Assembly (NCBI RefSeq): GCF_009914755.1
Contig: NC_060931.1
Length of the DNA stretch: 64,000 bases
From: the human T2T-CHM13v2.0 reference genome, Homo sapiens
Direction: 5' to 3' (one strand)
The translations under genes were made by a program, and so were the position numbers. Under the pieces are notes generated by a model, which was not told the DNA's origin, searched no databases, and saw nothing but the letters and a program-made list of their open reading frames with translations. Of the stretch, positions 1-15,124 are shown piece by piece (position 1 is the stretch's first letter; each line of letters begins with the position of its first letter).

Positions 1-157
1 TCTTTTAGCAATTTCAAAATACATAATACATTTTTATTAACTATAGTCACCATGCTGTGCAATAGGTCACCAGAACTCATTCCTCCTATTATCAGAGGCT
101 GGTGGGGGTTGACAAAATGTGATGGGAAAGGGGAGATGCTGGTCAAAGAGTAAATAG
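1..157 (-). mobile_element. L1MA-type LINE 3' end fragment with a 5' inverted segment (runs off window start)
   Basis: 1-88 is the reverse complement of the L1MA 3' UTR (taggaggaatgagttctggtgacctattgcacagcatggtgactatagttaat). ~89-157 is the immediately upstream part of the same consensus (cagaggctgg...ggggagatgctggtcaaag) in the opposite orientation. Confidence 0.75.
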
Positions 158-984
158 TCTAATCACTTTGAAAAAGATTGTCTTTAGTTACCATGATCCA
201 CCCTACTCCAATTTACTATCCACAGAATCAATCTCGTACAGTTTATCACTTACTTATGAAGCTGTTGCTGTTCTCTGGTATGGGGATGCTAATACGCCTA
301 GATACTTGGTATGCTATGATCACCTGGAATTTAGACTGACTGAGAAGAATTAGGCCTTCTGTTTCTTATAAAACATACGTAACACAATGCTGAGAAAATA
401 TATTAGGAACACGCAGCTCACTCATCTATCAAATCATTAATAAGCATTTGTGAGCTTTTTCTAAGTGCCTAGCACTGTTTATATTTTACAAAAATGTTAA
501 CATATTTATTAGGCAGATTGCTATATATGGGGAGGTGTGGTGATGGATGGCATCATGCAGACATTAGTGGATTATAATTAAAATGAATTTTCAATTTTAC
601 CCATTTAGTTTTCATACTTTTATTTTAAATAACCTTTAGAAGTTTGAAATACAAGTATTCTCTGAAGTTTTTTGCTAAAGCTTCTATGATTTATACGGCA
701 CTTTGCCCTAAATACAGCGATCTTCAAGACAGAACCGGGATTCTCAGGAACATTAACCTCTACAAGTTCTTTGTGAAGCAAAGGGCAAAGTGGTGATTCA
801 CTAGATCTAAAAATAAATATGAATTTTTCAAAGATGAAGGATCAAGCATCATAAGTCATCTCTAGGGTTTAATAAGAACCTGTCATATATTAATCTGTTC
901 ATATTTCTCATTGCGTAAATATGCAACTTATAAATGACACCAATTTCTCCAATGAAATGTTATTTCTAAATAAGAGCGGCAGAA

Positions 985-1166
985 CAGGAATAACAAACAT
1001 ACGCTATACCTGCTACCACTAGCAACAATCACAAATAAATGATTAAAACATTTTGCTGATGATTCCAGAGGCAGCAGACTCAGGATCTCCGCAGAGCACA
1101 CTATAGGCAAATACTACCGGTTGACTGATGTTGGCATATGTGATGAAAACTATTTGTCAACACCTG
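985..1166 (-). mobile_element. MER117-like hAT-Charlie DNA transposon fossil
   Basis: Minus strand begins caggtgttgacaaatagttttcatcacatatgccaac and ends tttgttattcctg (CAGG...CCTG termini). Flanked by a Charlie-type target ctctagaa. Confidence 0.65.
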
Positions 1167-3280
1167 CTCTAGAATTGCAGAATTTACAGAAAGTAACTTC
1201 ACAGCTAAGTTTCTGCCTTATGTTATATGCACTCTCTATGCTTAACGTAGGTCCTATTTAAGGTAGATACTGGATACATTTTGGTTAAACGAATAATGTA
1301 GTATTTTGGTGAATGTTTATAAAGCACAGTGACACCATTATACTCACTGTTTAAAGAAACTAAGTTGTTGCAAAAATTCTGAAATCAAAGCTTGTTTCAC
1401 AGACATTAGATACTGTGCGGCCTCAAGGTTTCTTTACTCAAGGACACTCTTGTAGCTTCACTCTTGGATTCTGGGAAAGGGGACCTGCTTCCTAAAATTC
1501 TAAATTTGATTGTTTATGTAACATATATGTATATAATATAATTTATATTTATAATGTATATAATATATTTCATAAAGCTTTAATATTTTCCAATTTAAAA
1601 AGATTTTCCAATTTAAAAATCAGAGCCAATACAAAAGGAGCTAAGAATTCAACATTTTATTTGATAATCAAGAGAGTAAGAACACAAATATTTAATGATA
1701 ATCATAACACATTAAAATGTAATCCCTTGCCTCCGATGCCAAAGTGTAAGTTCTAAAAAGTAACCAGAAACGAAAATAATCTACAATAATTGACTTAGGT
1801 AATGGGAAATTCAAACTACCCTAAAATATTTTGTTATCAAAAGGCATCCTGGCTGAGAAATAGAATTTTCATGAATGTTCGTTAAACTTCTCAGGAATAA
1901 CTTTTTATCTTTGGGAAGTTCTTGTCTGGTAATAACTTTCTTGACATAAGGTCAATGGGGCTAGCACCCCTTTCTATTACACTTTCTGTGGTCTTGCATT
2001 CAAATACTCACTTAGTTTAGCCCATTTTTACTTGTTCATGTATAAAAGACAAATAGGCATTTTCATATTTTGTTCTTAATCATGATAATAGCCTGTTTAA
2101 TAGTACCATAACTGAAAACGTCTTAAAACATGGAATTTAATTTTTCTATATTCTGATCACAGAGTAAAGATATAAGGCAGGAAGATAATAAGGCTGCTAT
2201 AAGTTTAGAAATTTACTCAAGTATAACAAACTATAGAAATTCAGGAACATTAGATTTTTATTTTGAACAATGTATCTATAATTTTGGTGGAAAAAGATTC
2301 AAATCAAAAGAATAAAGATAAATATTACCAACCTAATCTCCATTAACTTCTTATTATAGAAGTTTACATATACTATATATATATACACATACATATGTAT
2401 GCACATTTTTCAATAATATGTACATACACAACAATTTATAGTTAACTTTGAGTCCACTGTTTCTAGCAAAGTTGCCCTTATATTCCAAAATTATAGATTC
2501 ACGATTGCCAAAAGTCTGAATTAAGTGAAAATTATTTTAAAAGTATTCAGTTTCTAAAAATAAATATAATAGTTAGAATTTAGTAATGGCTGTATGTATT
2601 ACATTGGTATCCTCTTTGTAAAATATTACATAAGCAGTTGGTATAAAATATGGAATAACAATCTTATTAATCAAAACATAAAAATAGAATGCTGTATTAC
2701 TAACAATGAAACAAATAATATGCAGTACTAATTTTAAAACATTTTTAGTAACAGTAATCTGTCTTTAAATAAAATTCTACCAGTACACCTATGTATCAAA
2801 CAAAGGTTGAGTTTCTCCAGTTGAAGATGAAGAAGGGATGTACTCAGTTATCTAGCAGCACCACTTACACATACACAAGGACAAACATTTCCTTGAGAAA
2901 CTTGTTTTAAAATACGTACAAATTCAGAGCCTGATATTCTCTGGTAAGTCTCAGGCTCTTTAGCTGCCTTTCTCACTTTTCTTTAATTAGGAGTTACTAA
3001 ACCACACTTGAACTGATTGATAATTTAAGCAGACATACATTTACAAAAATACGATTTTTAGAGAGACAAGTTAGTTGATAGCTTAGCATTGGAAACAGCA
3101 TGCATTTTCCACATTTCAGATTAATCCACTAACATTAATGTATAGTTTTCATTCATTTGTATTAATATTATCAGATGAACATAATCTATGAGAATCCCAA
3201 TTTTTGTATCTACAAAATCTTACGAGATTATAGTGAGGAAAGTCCACTACAATATTTTACAAAGCACATATCATATAATT

Positions 3281-3343
3281 TTCTCTCTCTCTCTTTTTCT
3301 ATATATAGAAGGATATACACACACACACACATATCTATATATA
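3281..3343. repeat. Compound (CT)/(TA)/(CA) microsatellite
   Basis: ttctctctctctct...atatata...acacacacacacac...tatatata. Confidence 0.85.
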
Positions 3344-4442
3344 AATGGGGTAGTTAATATGTTTCCTCTGTATGGAAAAACAATAATAAAAGAAGTGGGG
3401 GAATATTGCTATAAAAGATTAAAGCCATCTGAAATACTGCTTTTTACAGGAACAACTGAAAAAAGCAAGAACTGCAACAAAATTATATGCCGATCTTCTA
3501 GGCATTATTCCAAATCAATTCCCCCACACAGATTTATTAGTAGATACAATATAAAGTTTTAGATCACATAGTCCCCTGCATGTAAATATTCAAGTTGGTT
3601 TTCCAAAAGAAGTAGGAAAAAACAGCTTTACAGTATCTTCCCTTCCCAAACTCTTTTTTATTTTGCTAGCGTAACGGGGAAGTAAAAAAGAATTAAACAG
3701 CTAGATATTTTACATAATTCCACAAGGGCCTTTACATGGTAAGGAGTTTTTCTTCTGTGAGAAAAAAATACCCATTGTTTAGGGAGAAGTTTGGTGTACC
3801 ACTAAATAGATGTGATGGAGCTAAGATGAATTCCCCTGAAAGCCATAGGGAGAATACCAAAATAATAATAATAATAACAATAACAATAACTGATCAGTTT
3901 GATCAATATCACAGTAAGATAAATGATTATGAAGAAATGAAGCTGTCTCTATAAACTACAAACAAAATAAGTTTCATACCTCTATATTTATTTGCCACCT
4001 GGCTGTTTCTAACATCCTCGTTGACTGCCGAATGCTATTTTGTTTAATTCAAAAACAAAATTCTGCTGCTTCTACCTGCTTGTAACTTAAAATCTGGGAG
4101 TACTTTAATCATTCACTTTTCAGGAGTCACCATGCTTTTTTAAAAAATTAAGCCACATAGGTAATTAAACACTATAATCTGAAATATACCAATTTGCAAC
4201 ATTGTGAAATAAGAATGCCTGTGTCAAGCATAATATAATGTCTTTTGCTTTCACCTTTGTTTATTTATTGGTAAAAGTAGATAACGCAAAACTGTTAGGA
4301 CTACTGTTGATCTTCTTGCTCAGTAATTATCAGTGAAGATCATTATGAAATTCATGAAAATTAATAAGTGTGTACATGTTGAACACTTTGCGTATTTGTG
4401 TGCCTGTGACATTTTAATCCCAGTGAACAGATTAGGATAAAA

Positions 4443-4668
4443 CAAGCTTTTCTAACCCACGTTGGGCCACATGTGGCCCAGGACAGTTTTGGTTGTGGCC
4501 CAACACAAATTTGTAAACTTTCTTAAAACATTATGAGGTTTTTTTTTTGTGATTTTTGTGTCGTTGTGGTTCATCAGCTGTCATTAGTGTTAGTTGTATT
4601 TTATGTGTGGCCCAAGACAATTCTTCTTCCAATGTGGCCCAGGGGAGCCAAAAGATTGGACACTCTTG
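4443..4668 (-). mobile_element. MER30 hAT-Charlie non-autonomous DNA transposon, full length
   Basis: Matches MER30 (gtggcccaagacaattcttcttccaatgtggcccagg...aaaagattggacac). Perfect 8-bp TSD ggataaaa at 4435-4442 and 4669-4676. Confidence 0.92.
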
Positions 4669-4758
4669 GGATAAAAGGAAATCATCTCCTTACACGGTTG
4701 AGCATTATTCAGGTAAAAAATAAGACCTTTATCACTATCCTGTCTACATTTCTGCCTT

Positions 4759-5244
4759 TGAGGTAGGAGGCAGGACTCCACTCCAGAGGCAGGGTTTGGA
4801 CACCGTATCAAATTGAGGACTAGCTAAAACAGGGCGGAGTGGAAGCAGCTTTCCATAAGACATGCCCACCAGTGTGCCATGTCTGTTTACCATTGCCATG
4901 GCAACACCAGGGAGTTACTGCCTTTTTCTATGGCAGTGACACAACGACCCAAAAGTTACTACCCCTTTTAAAAAAATTTCTGCATAAACAGCCTCTAATC
5001 TACATGTAATTAAAGGAGATATAAATATGACTGCAAAACTACAGTGAGCTGCTACTCTCTGCCTAAGGGGTAGCCCTGCTCTGCAGGAGCAGGCACAGAG
5101 CCGTAACAAGGCCACAAACATAACACTGCCTGTTGAGTAAAGCTGTTTTCTTCTGCCTCTGGCTTGCCTTTGAATTCTTTCCTGGGCAAGGCCAACAACA
5201 CTCGCGGGCTAAGCCTCACTTTGGAGCTCGCCTTTGCAGCATCA
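4759..5244 (+). mobile_element. Solo LTR, ERV1/MER4 group (MER66-like)
   Basis: TG...CA termini (tgaggtaggaggcaggactc...gcagcatca), 486 bp. Has a TATA-like gatataaata and a polyA-like agtaaa. 4-bp TSD cctt/actt. Confidence 0.8.
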
Positions 5245-6001
5245 ACTTGGTTACTGATCAAGCTAGCACTCAATCAACTTTCCTAAACTTCTTAGGTTTC
5301 TTAGATTTTGTTGCTTATTTACTATGAGTTCTATGGTGTAAGTTTTATATTGTTGTTTTTACAAGTAGCATCAAATTCAGCTCATGCAACTTGGTTGCTT
5401 TCCTGGACTCGTTAGCTGTACAACTGATGTTGAGACTCAATCATCTGATGCTACATATTGTCAATCAATGACATAGACTCAAAATTCTATATACCTCCTC
5501 AACTAACTAGGCAAAGTATGTTAAAAGTATATTGTGCCTAGCAAAATTATCATACATTCAGTGTAAATATTTGTATTCAGTTGAATCAAATTATAAATAA
5601 CCTATATTTCAAATTACTTTTCTTATATGTTGTTTACTAAACAAGATTAGCAATATCCTCCAAATTCTGTTTACAGAAAAGAAAAATTAGACCATGCCTG
5701 TGATTTCAATATCTTGCACATTTTATGTGCTAAAACTGTGTTTAGTGCTACGAAGAAGCACTAAATATGTGGAAAATACATAAAAGAACTCATATAACCA
5801 CAGTTAATCGAGAACTTTTTTCTCATATAACAATGCTGAGATGCTAGGGAAGTTTTATAACTATATACCACATGTTGTCTCTCTTTTTAATCTCAGAGAA
5901 TTCAGAATTCACATGTGGTTTACCCCCTATTATACGATTGCTGAGAGCTGGCCAAATTTTTGGTCTCATTCTTACTTAAATATCCTTTTGAAAAATTTTA
6001 T

Positions 6002-6312
<311 letters not shown>

Positions 6313-7191
6313 GAAAAATTTTATTTTGGGTGACCCCTCTGGCATTGCATTTCCATCACCCTGTGAGGTTTGCGTAAATAAATGGTTTATAACTTATAAC
6401 CTCTGTTTTCAAATGTTCTGCAGAAAACTGAGCTTGTGATAAATGCTTGAGGAATGTTTATTTACCAAGTTGACTTCAAATTTTAACCTTTTACCAAGAA
6501 ATAAATAATTCTTCACAATGCTAAGTTCCACAAACAATAATTCCTTGAAGCTTTTGAAAATATACTGACTTGCTATTAGGAAAAATCGTATATAGAAAAA
6601 TTAAATCAAACTCCCAGCTTTGAGGGAGTGATTATCATGTTATAAATTTTTTATATCTTTAGTGCCAATTTTTATGTATTTGTTCAAATAAAGAATCTCT
6701 ATTTGTGACAATAATTCTTATAGAAGGACAAATATAGACACTTTTAATTCATCGAACTTATGGTGACTTTAGGATTGCCCCAAAACAGAAAAAAAAAAAA
6801 GCCAACAGCATTTTATCAGTGAAATATGTACATAAACAAATAGAGCCTGTCCACAAAAATTATCTGTGTATTACCCTTGCACATATAAATCTATAAACCA
6901 AGTTGGCAAGAAAATATTCATGGCAATAATAATTCACAAGTTAACAATAGTTTTTACATCCACCTTTTGATTTTATCTGCATTCACAAATGGAAATGTAG
7001 AGTAAAATTTTTACTGACGGCTTTATCTTTCTCTTTTGCAATTGTTCTAATGTCTCTGCATCATAGCTTTAAAAGACTGTCAGCAGCCAGAGCACTTATG
7101 TGACTATACATTTCACTCCATAATTCGAAAGTAGGTGAAGAGTCACTTATAAACTATAATTTTATGTGGGTATTAAAAATATCAAAGAGTT

Positions 7192-7517
<326 letters not shown>

Positions 7518-8779
7518 TTAAATATTTATTATTTATATCATGTGATTTATTAAAACATCTCACAAACTAATTTTTCTTTCCTTCTATTGAATCCATTGCA
7601 AATCTTGCATATGTTTTAGCATATAGGCTATAGGTTACAAGATCTGCCGGCCATTCTACTTCATATCAAAAGTCATCAATATCTATTTAAACATCACTAC
7701 CAAAATAAATTTTATAGCTCTATAAATTGTTATATTTTGGTGCTCAAAAACACATGCTTTTATGTTATAGTAAATTAAATACTCATGGTCTTGTTACTAG
7801 ACAGAGGAAAATGTCACACAGATCCTTGATATATTTGTTTTAGCAAAGAACTAATGTATATCAAGACAATGATTCACAGATTAAGGTAAAGTAGTTCTTC
7901 TCAAATAATGACAAATAAAAATAATCTACTTTAGTGTATTTCAAAATATTCATGACCTGAGGTATAGAATATTCTGTTTAGATTCCTGATTTGTCTATGT
8001 TAGGGAGCCCAGTCTATCTAAAAAAATATTTAATATGGTAAACTTCCATGCTTTGCATTCAGTAAATGAATGCGGTCAGGATCAGTTGTATCATTTGAAC
8101 GACTGTTTCTATCACTTCAGATGTGAGTTTGCTCTTTAAATATAAAAAAACACTTTGCTTTTCTTTCAGGTTATTTGGCTATTTCATACGTTATCTTGTC
8201 AGGCTCTCTTAAAGTAAAACTTGCTTTCTATGTAAATATTTATGTCTTTAAAAGGTACTAACCTGAGTGGCAGAAACTTTTTTAAAATATCTGAAATGAC
8301 CTAAGGCTATGAAGCCCCAAGTATCTCCCTGTGATCTTTAATATTTCTGTTAGTACACAAACTTGTAAAACCCTTTTCTTTGACCCAACAAAAACATTCG
8401 TAGTAACAGTCCCTTTAGTTGGGAAGAATAATCAACAAGCCATTCATTCTTCTCCATGGTAAAATACCTCAATGCTGAAAGAATCTTTCCTTATAAGACT
8501 TTTGTATGACAAGTTAAAATTCTCTTAAAGTGAAATAATCCAGAAACTGTGCAAAATGACTAATAAATGACAATTGTATGTCTGATTCTTGTTTTCTCTC
8601 ATAATAGGAATCTAGTTTTAAAAAATTATATATAATTTCTAGTTCATCATGCCCAGCATACTCAAAATCTTCCTATTACTTAGCATTTCTCAGCCTCACA
8701 AGATGACAATTTGGTTTCTATTTAAAAAACTGTGTCCCTAAGAATCCTTATGAGAATTCATAACTGGGGGAAATAATTT

Positions 8780-9385
<606 letters not shown>

Positions 9386-9539
9386 GTATAATAACTTATA
9401 ATTATTCGTAGCTATAATTGTGAAGTTTATGCTCTTTTTAACAAAATGCTTAAGTATCAAAACTAACGACGTCTCTAGGAGCCTCATACCAAGCTCGTAA
9501 CTTTAATTTAATCACCATTAAAACTTAGTGTATAGATTT

Positions 9540-10230
9540 ATATTTGCTTATACAACTACATAATATATAGGGAATAATGTTTTGCTACTAATTCAACCAT
9601 ATTCCTACTTATGTTTATTTGCTCGTTTCCAGTTTTATGTTACAGTAAACAAGGCTTCAATAAAAATTCCTTGTCATATGTCTTTCTATTCAAGTGTCTA
9701 TTTTATTGAATAAATAAATAACAATGAGGCTGTTAGGCCAAAGATTATAGGACATTTGAATTTTAATAAGTTATGATAAAATATATTTCTAATACTTTAC
9801 AGTAATTTACAGAGTTATGACAATTTATAAGAAACCATTTCCTTACACCATTGCCAGACTAGATGCTACCAAATGTTTTAAAATTTTGCCAATCTGATGA
9901 GAGAACTTTGGCTTATAATGTTGTTGTTGGTATTGTGATCATTACTTCAGTTCAATGACTATTATTGAAGTTGAGCATCTTTTCACATATTTGGCCATTA
10001 GAGTCACCTCTATAAATTGATTGCTCTTATTCTGTTGAATTATTTCCATAGTCCTGTCACCATTTTTGAAGCATTTTTAGTACATCCTTGAACACTAGGG
10101 AAATTAACCCTTTGCCTATTATGACAACAAGTATTTTCTCTCAACAAGTCATTTGCTTTTGATTTTTATTAAGATAACTTTTCCAAGATATTTTAAATTT
10201 CTATATAACAAAATTGCCAAAAGAACATTC
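9540..10230 (-). mobile_element. Old L1M(E) fragment (ORF2 end/3' UTR)
   Basis: Antisense L1 motifs tttccagtttt..., ttttgccaatctgatg, gaagttgagcatcttttcacatatttggccatt. Confidence 0.7.
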
Positions 10231-11169
10231 TTGCCATTTTCTCAAGAGTAAATTGGGAATTAAGAGTGTATGCAGAACAATTAAGTCATAAACATTTATT
10301 AACTTTAGGAAATAGGCAAAATGATTGCTAGGTATTATGTGTGTAGAATGCTAGTTGTTTTGTACCAGGAACACTGTGGTGCAGATTTCTGATTTTGTAG
10401 GGTTGTGTACCTTTCTTCAACTTCCTATTTACTATTGACCTGAATATGTTGAACTCTTTAAGAGCCGTAGTTAACCTGTAGAAGACTGAGTGAAATGCTA
10501 ATGATTCTTCTTTCAGAAAAATTTAAATAACTTTTGTCCAAAAGAAAAACAAATGACTTTTATACCATAACCTAAAGGTTAGTATATATTGCCTTGTACA
10601 CCATTAACCACTCTAGTAACTTTTGGCAAATTTGTTTCTGCATTCCTTTAACTGTTCAACTCTATAAATCTCACATCTCTTAATTTTTTTGAATCAGTCC
10701 TGCTATTTTACTAGTTCCTTTACTAAGGAATGAGCCAAATAACATATTTGAAATAAGCTTATTTTGTATTTTTTATGTAAGTTATATTTTTAACTTAAAA
10801 AAAAATTCTACTTCAACAGAACATTCCCAGGCAAGAGATTTTCATGGTCTCAAAAAGATTAATAGAGAGTAGGAAAATTTGGAGTTAAAAAAGTGAGAAA
10901 GTAAATATGGATATATTTGGGAGTCTGAAAGAGAAATCGAGGATAAGAGAAAAAGAAAGAGGGAGAGAATGAATACCTGAAGGATGTAGTCCACAAAAGG
11001 GCAGTCTTTGACAGTCAGAGTTTATACCAGAGTCTTGGATTTCACACAAGGACCATATCTTCTTTGCTCACAATAGTAAAAGGAGAGAGAGTAGGGATGA
11101 GGTAGGATTATAGATTAGTAGGTAGTATTGTTTTTTGTTTGTTTGTTTTAATGTTTGAACTTCTACTTT

Positions 11170-11690
11170 CTTTTTCTTATTTAAGTAAATTTTTGCAATA
11201 CAAGTGCAATTTTGTTACATGCATAGATTGTGTAGTGGTCAAGTCAGAGCTTTTGGTGTACCAATCACCAGAACAACATATATTGACCCATTCATAATTT
11301 ATCATCCTTCATCCTCTTCCCATCCCTTCTCCCTTCTGAGTCTCTATTGTCTATCATTCCACTGTTTATACCCATGTGCACAGTTTTTAGCACCCACTTA
11401 TGAGTAAGAGTATGCAATATTTTCCTTTCCATGTCTGGCTTGTTTTGCTCAAGATAATAACCTTCAGTTCCATCTATGTTGCTGCAGAATACATGATTTC
11501 ATTCTTTTTTGTGGCTGAATGGTACTACATTGTGTATATATGCCACATTTTCTTTATCTTATCTTATCTTATCTTACCCTATCTTATCTGCTTATTTATC
11601 TCATCTGCTGATGGACACTTAGGTTGATATCTTTGCTATTTTAAATAGTGCTGCAATAAACACAGGAGTGCAGGTATCTTTTGACATATT
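11170..11690 (-). mobile_element. L1MA 3' end fragment with an internal (TCTTA)n expansion at ~11553-11590
   Basis: caagtgcaattttgttacatgcatagattgtgtagtggtcaagtc...ttccatctatgttgctgcag...gatggacacttaggttg. Confidence 0.88.
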
Positions 11691-12773
11691 ATTCATTTAT
11701 ATTTCTATATGAAATATGGAATATGGCTATCTGAGAGTAGGGTAAAAGGTAATGGCTGAAGATTTAAGAAGAATAGAAAAGTTGTGTCATTTCTGATGAC
11801 ATGAAAGCATGCTTTCCAGAAAAAATGTAGCATTATTACAGTGGAGTACTTGGTTGTAATCATGAATGTATAAAGATATTTTCTGGGATATATTTTCTCC
11901 TCCTCCTTTGTTGTCTTTGCCTAACTTAGATTTGTAATTTACTTATACATTTTACATATATACATATATGTATACACATATACAATATATACCTATATAT
12001 TTGTTTGCAAAGTTTTAAGGGTCTATCTTCCCCTAAAGTATGAAGCCTCAATAAAATTAGGAAGCAAGCCATTTTGCTCCCCTTTGGGATGGAGCACAGT
12101 GGTAATGTTTGATTAAATGACTATCACTGAATGCCAGTGAAACACAAACAAATGCACATTGTAACACAAAATATGTAGATCTAGAATATATTGAATGAAA
12201 TCAAATTTTCTAGCTTTTTAAAATAAATATTAAAGTGGGAGAATACACACATATATACATAGAGATAGAGATATAGAGATGATAGAGTTAGTTGTATGGA
12301 GATTGAGATAGCTGCAAGCTGGAGTGTACACTCAGAGCCATGTGGTTTTGTATTAACCACTGTGACTATTCATACTTTTGAACAAATTTGAGAGTCCCTT
12401 TTTCGGAACCTTTATGAAAAGAAGAAACCTGAACCTAAAGGCTTAATTGGCATTTTGCACACATAAGTGGATTCAGGAGCTCTGCAAATAATACCTAATT
12501 ATGTGCCACATTTAACTAAGGTCATAACAAATGCTGTAGTGAAAGAAGCACATATACATTTTTTTCTTTTCACTTTTATCCCTGTTCTAAACCCAATGAT
12601 ACCCAACAAACAAGTGGATTAGTAGAATAAGACCACCAATTAATAAATAGGTGCTTCCATCACCATTCCGTCACTTATCACAGTGACAGCCAACTTTGTA
12701 TTAATGTCATTATAGAAAACAAAGTGAGCCAAAAGGAATAAACATCTCTGAATCTTAAGGTGTCCTTCTAGGC

Positions 12774-12960
12774 CTGTGGTCAATTAACTTTTTCTTACAG
12801 TACCAGGTAGAAAATATTTTAGAGTTTGTGGGCCAATAGGTCTCTGTTGCAACTAGTGATCTCTGTTGTTGCAGTGCAAAAGCAGCCCTAAAAATATGCA
12901 AACGAAAGAATTCAGCCATGTTCCAATAAAACTTTATTTACAAATACAATCAGACCCTTG
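12774..12960 (+). mobile_element. MER58A hAT-Charlie element, internally deleted near the 3' end
   Basis: aaatattttagagtttgtgggcc...gttccaataaaactttatttacaaa; perfect 8-bp TSD ttctaggc at 12766-12773 and 12961-12968. Confidence 0.9.
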
Positions 12961-13190
12961 TTCTAGGCAACACTGAGAGAATTTTTAATATAATTATTTA
13001 TTTCTCTTATACTATATCCATTATTGAAACGGAACCATTTAACTATCCATTTTCCCTCAGTATTACAGGAAAAAAAGAAAAGGTCCATCCTTGAATGATT
13101 GTGAATTTCAGTTCATTCTTTATTTCCAGGCAGCCTTTAGTTATAAATAAAATGGATAGGAAGCCATGGAAGATTGACCTTGTCCCTTAC

Positions 13191-13341
13191 CTTGGAAGGT
13201 TTTCACACAGCTTTTTAAAATATCTGTACTTCTCCTGCTCTGCTTCCCAAACATGGAGATAAATATCTTCCCTGACAGCCTGACTTTTTCTGAGGCAGCA
13301 CTCAATTTATCACTCTGCTCCTTGAGCACATTTTCCAAATC
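13191..13341 (-). other. Candidate 151-nt internal (cryptic or alternative) exon
   Basis: Minus-strand acceptor tgtttttgtcag|G and donor CAAG|gtaagg in non-repeat sequence; one open frame (DLENVLKEQSDKLSAASEK...). Splice motifs only, no expression evidence. Confidence 0.3.
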
Positions 13342-14374
13342 CTGACAAAAACATCCCTGAAACCTTCAGAGGGGAAAAATAAACCCTCATCTCAGGCTCT
13401 GTAAATTACCACCAAGTATAGCCATGAATAAAATAAGAATCAATCCTGATTCATGTTTTAGAACATCCTACAAAACGGCAACTCATGCTCCAAAGGCCAT
13501 TGTCAGAATTTAGACCAGAGGAAATTAGGTAGGAAACAGAAAAGATACTAAATATTCTCTTTCATGCCACTTTTTGTTAAGAAGCCAATGATTAGATATC
13601 TCTGAGTGAAACAATATTAACCTCATGATTTCTCCTAAGCCTGCTTTCCTTAAATCACGTAAAACTCAGAGAAAATGAAAAACAACAAAAAACTAAGGAC
13701 TTTAGAACGCAAAAGCAGGCCCATCACTGACAGAAGGGCTTAGTTGAAATGCTCTTAGACTTCCTGGGAGCACAGAAAAATGCATTAGCCTTGATTGGTT
13801 TAGACGATTGCTGACTTGAAAGCTCCTATTTTTAAGAAACATCTGAGCGAGGTAACTTGATGTTCCTTGAATGATGAGTAGAGCCAAAATCAGTCTGTGT
13901 AGGAAGGAAAGGAGAGAATATCTACATGTAACTGAAGGGATTGCTAACACTGCAATCACTTATTCTCAAATATTGTATAACTATGGGCACTACACAAATA
14001 AATTTCCTGCACTCAAGGACAACCATGTAGCAGAAGATCTAAGAAAGCTACAGACATATAGGAGGCAAACAAGATTAACATCAAAATACATACAAAGGTG
14101 GAATAACAGAACCTGGAGTTGTGGATGAAGAAAAGGTTGGGAGAGAAAGCAATGTTTCTTGGAGAGAGTGAGAATAGAGCTGCTCCTGGAAAGATGGAAG
14201 AAATTAGACAGGAAGAAACTCGTGAGGAGGGTCAACTGCTATGAGAGAAGAAGGAGAATGCAAGGAGTGTACAGTGGCACATAGAGATAAAATAAAAGGT
14301 GTGCTTCATTAAGCGATTAAACGTGCCTACATACATGGATGGGGCACAGTTAAAAATTATTCTATTATTAATAG

Positions 14375-14595
14375 AATAATAATAGGACTTGCGTCAATTG
14401 ATGGTAATTTTGTACCATGGACTGTGCTAAGATAATTCCATGGATTTAGGCCTTAAAACAATCATTTAAATGAGTTGCTATTATTAATCCCATTTGAAAA
14501 ACTGAACATTGTGATTAAATGATTTAATGAAAATCAGACAACTAGTAAGTGCTAAAGTCAGGATTTAAACCAAGTAGTTCTTAATCACTGTGCTA
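14375..14595 (-). mobile_element. MIR SINE
   Basis: ctattattaatcccattt...actagtaagtgctaaagtcaggatttaaacc. Confidence 0.7.
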
Positions 14596-14639
14596 AACAA
14601 TTGTAGCAAGCTAAATCTACAGAATTTTTTTTCTTTTTG

Positions 14640-15115
14640 CTTGAATGCCAGGCCAAGGTGAATCTACGGCTAATTTAGAAAAAAATAAAGGAAGGATCTA
14701 CTGAATTATTTTGAGCAAGAACATGGGAAAATCAAAACCCTATACAAGAAAATTGATAGTGAGGAGGATGGAATACAAGTATTAAGCAAGAATGGATTAA
14801 AAATGAAAAGACCATATAGCAAGTTAAGAATACAGTTGAGTGAAATGTAAGAGTTTGTAATTGTCTAGTACGGGCAGAAATTGAAAGAAAAGGACAAATG
14901 TGAGAGGCAACAGAGACAGAAAAGATTAAAAGATAGAATTTCAATTAGCCAATATGGAAGCTGGGAGGTTACTAGAAAGAGGGACCATTTCAAGCTGACG
15001 GAGATCTGAACATGGGAAGAAGTGTTTGGAAGGATGCAGATAAGCTCAGTTTTGATACTATTCTTGAGGTGACAGCAAGATACATACACAGAAAAATCTA
15101 GTAGGAGATGAGGAC
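14640..15115 (-). mobile_element. L2 fragment
   Basis: Antisense L2: aagctcagttttgatac...ttgaggtgac; purine-rich plus strand. Confidence 0.6.
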
Positions 15116-15124
15116 GGCTCAAAA

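Noticed and set aside
1010-1168. Apparent minus-strand exon (ttctag|...CAG|gtatag) or snoRNA-like TGATGA hairpin
   Set aside because: Explained by a MER117-like transposon; stops in all three frames; weak pyrimidine tract; no convincing C/D box pair.
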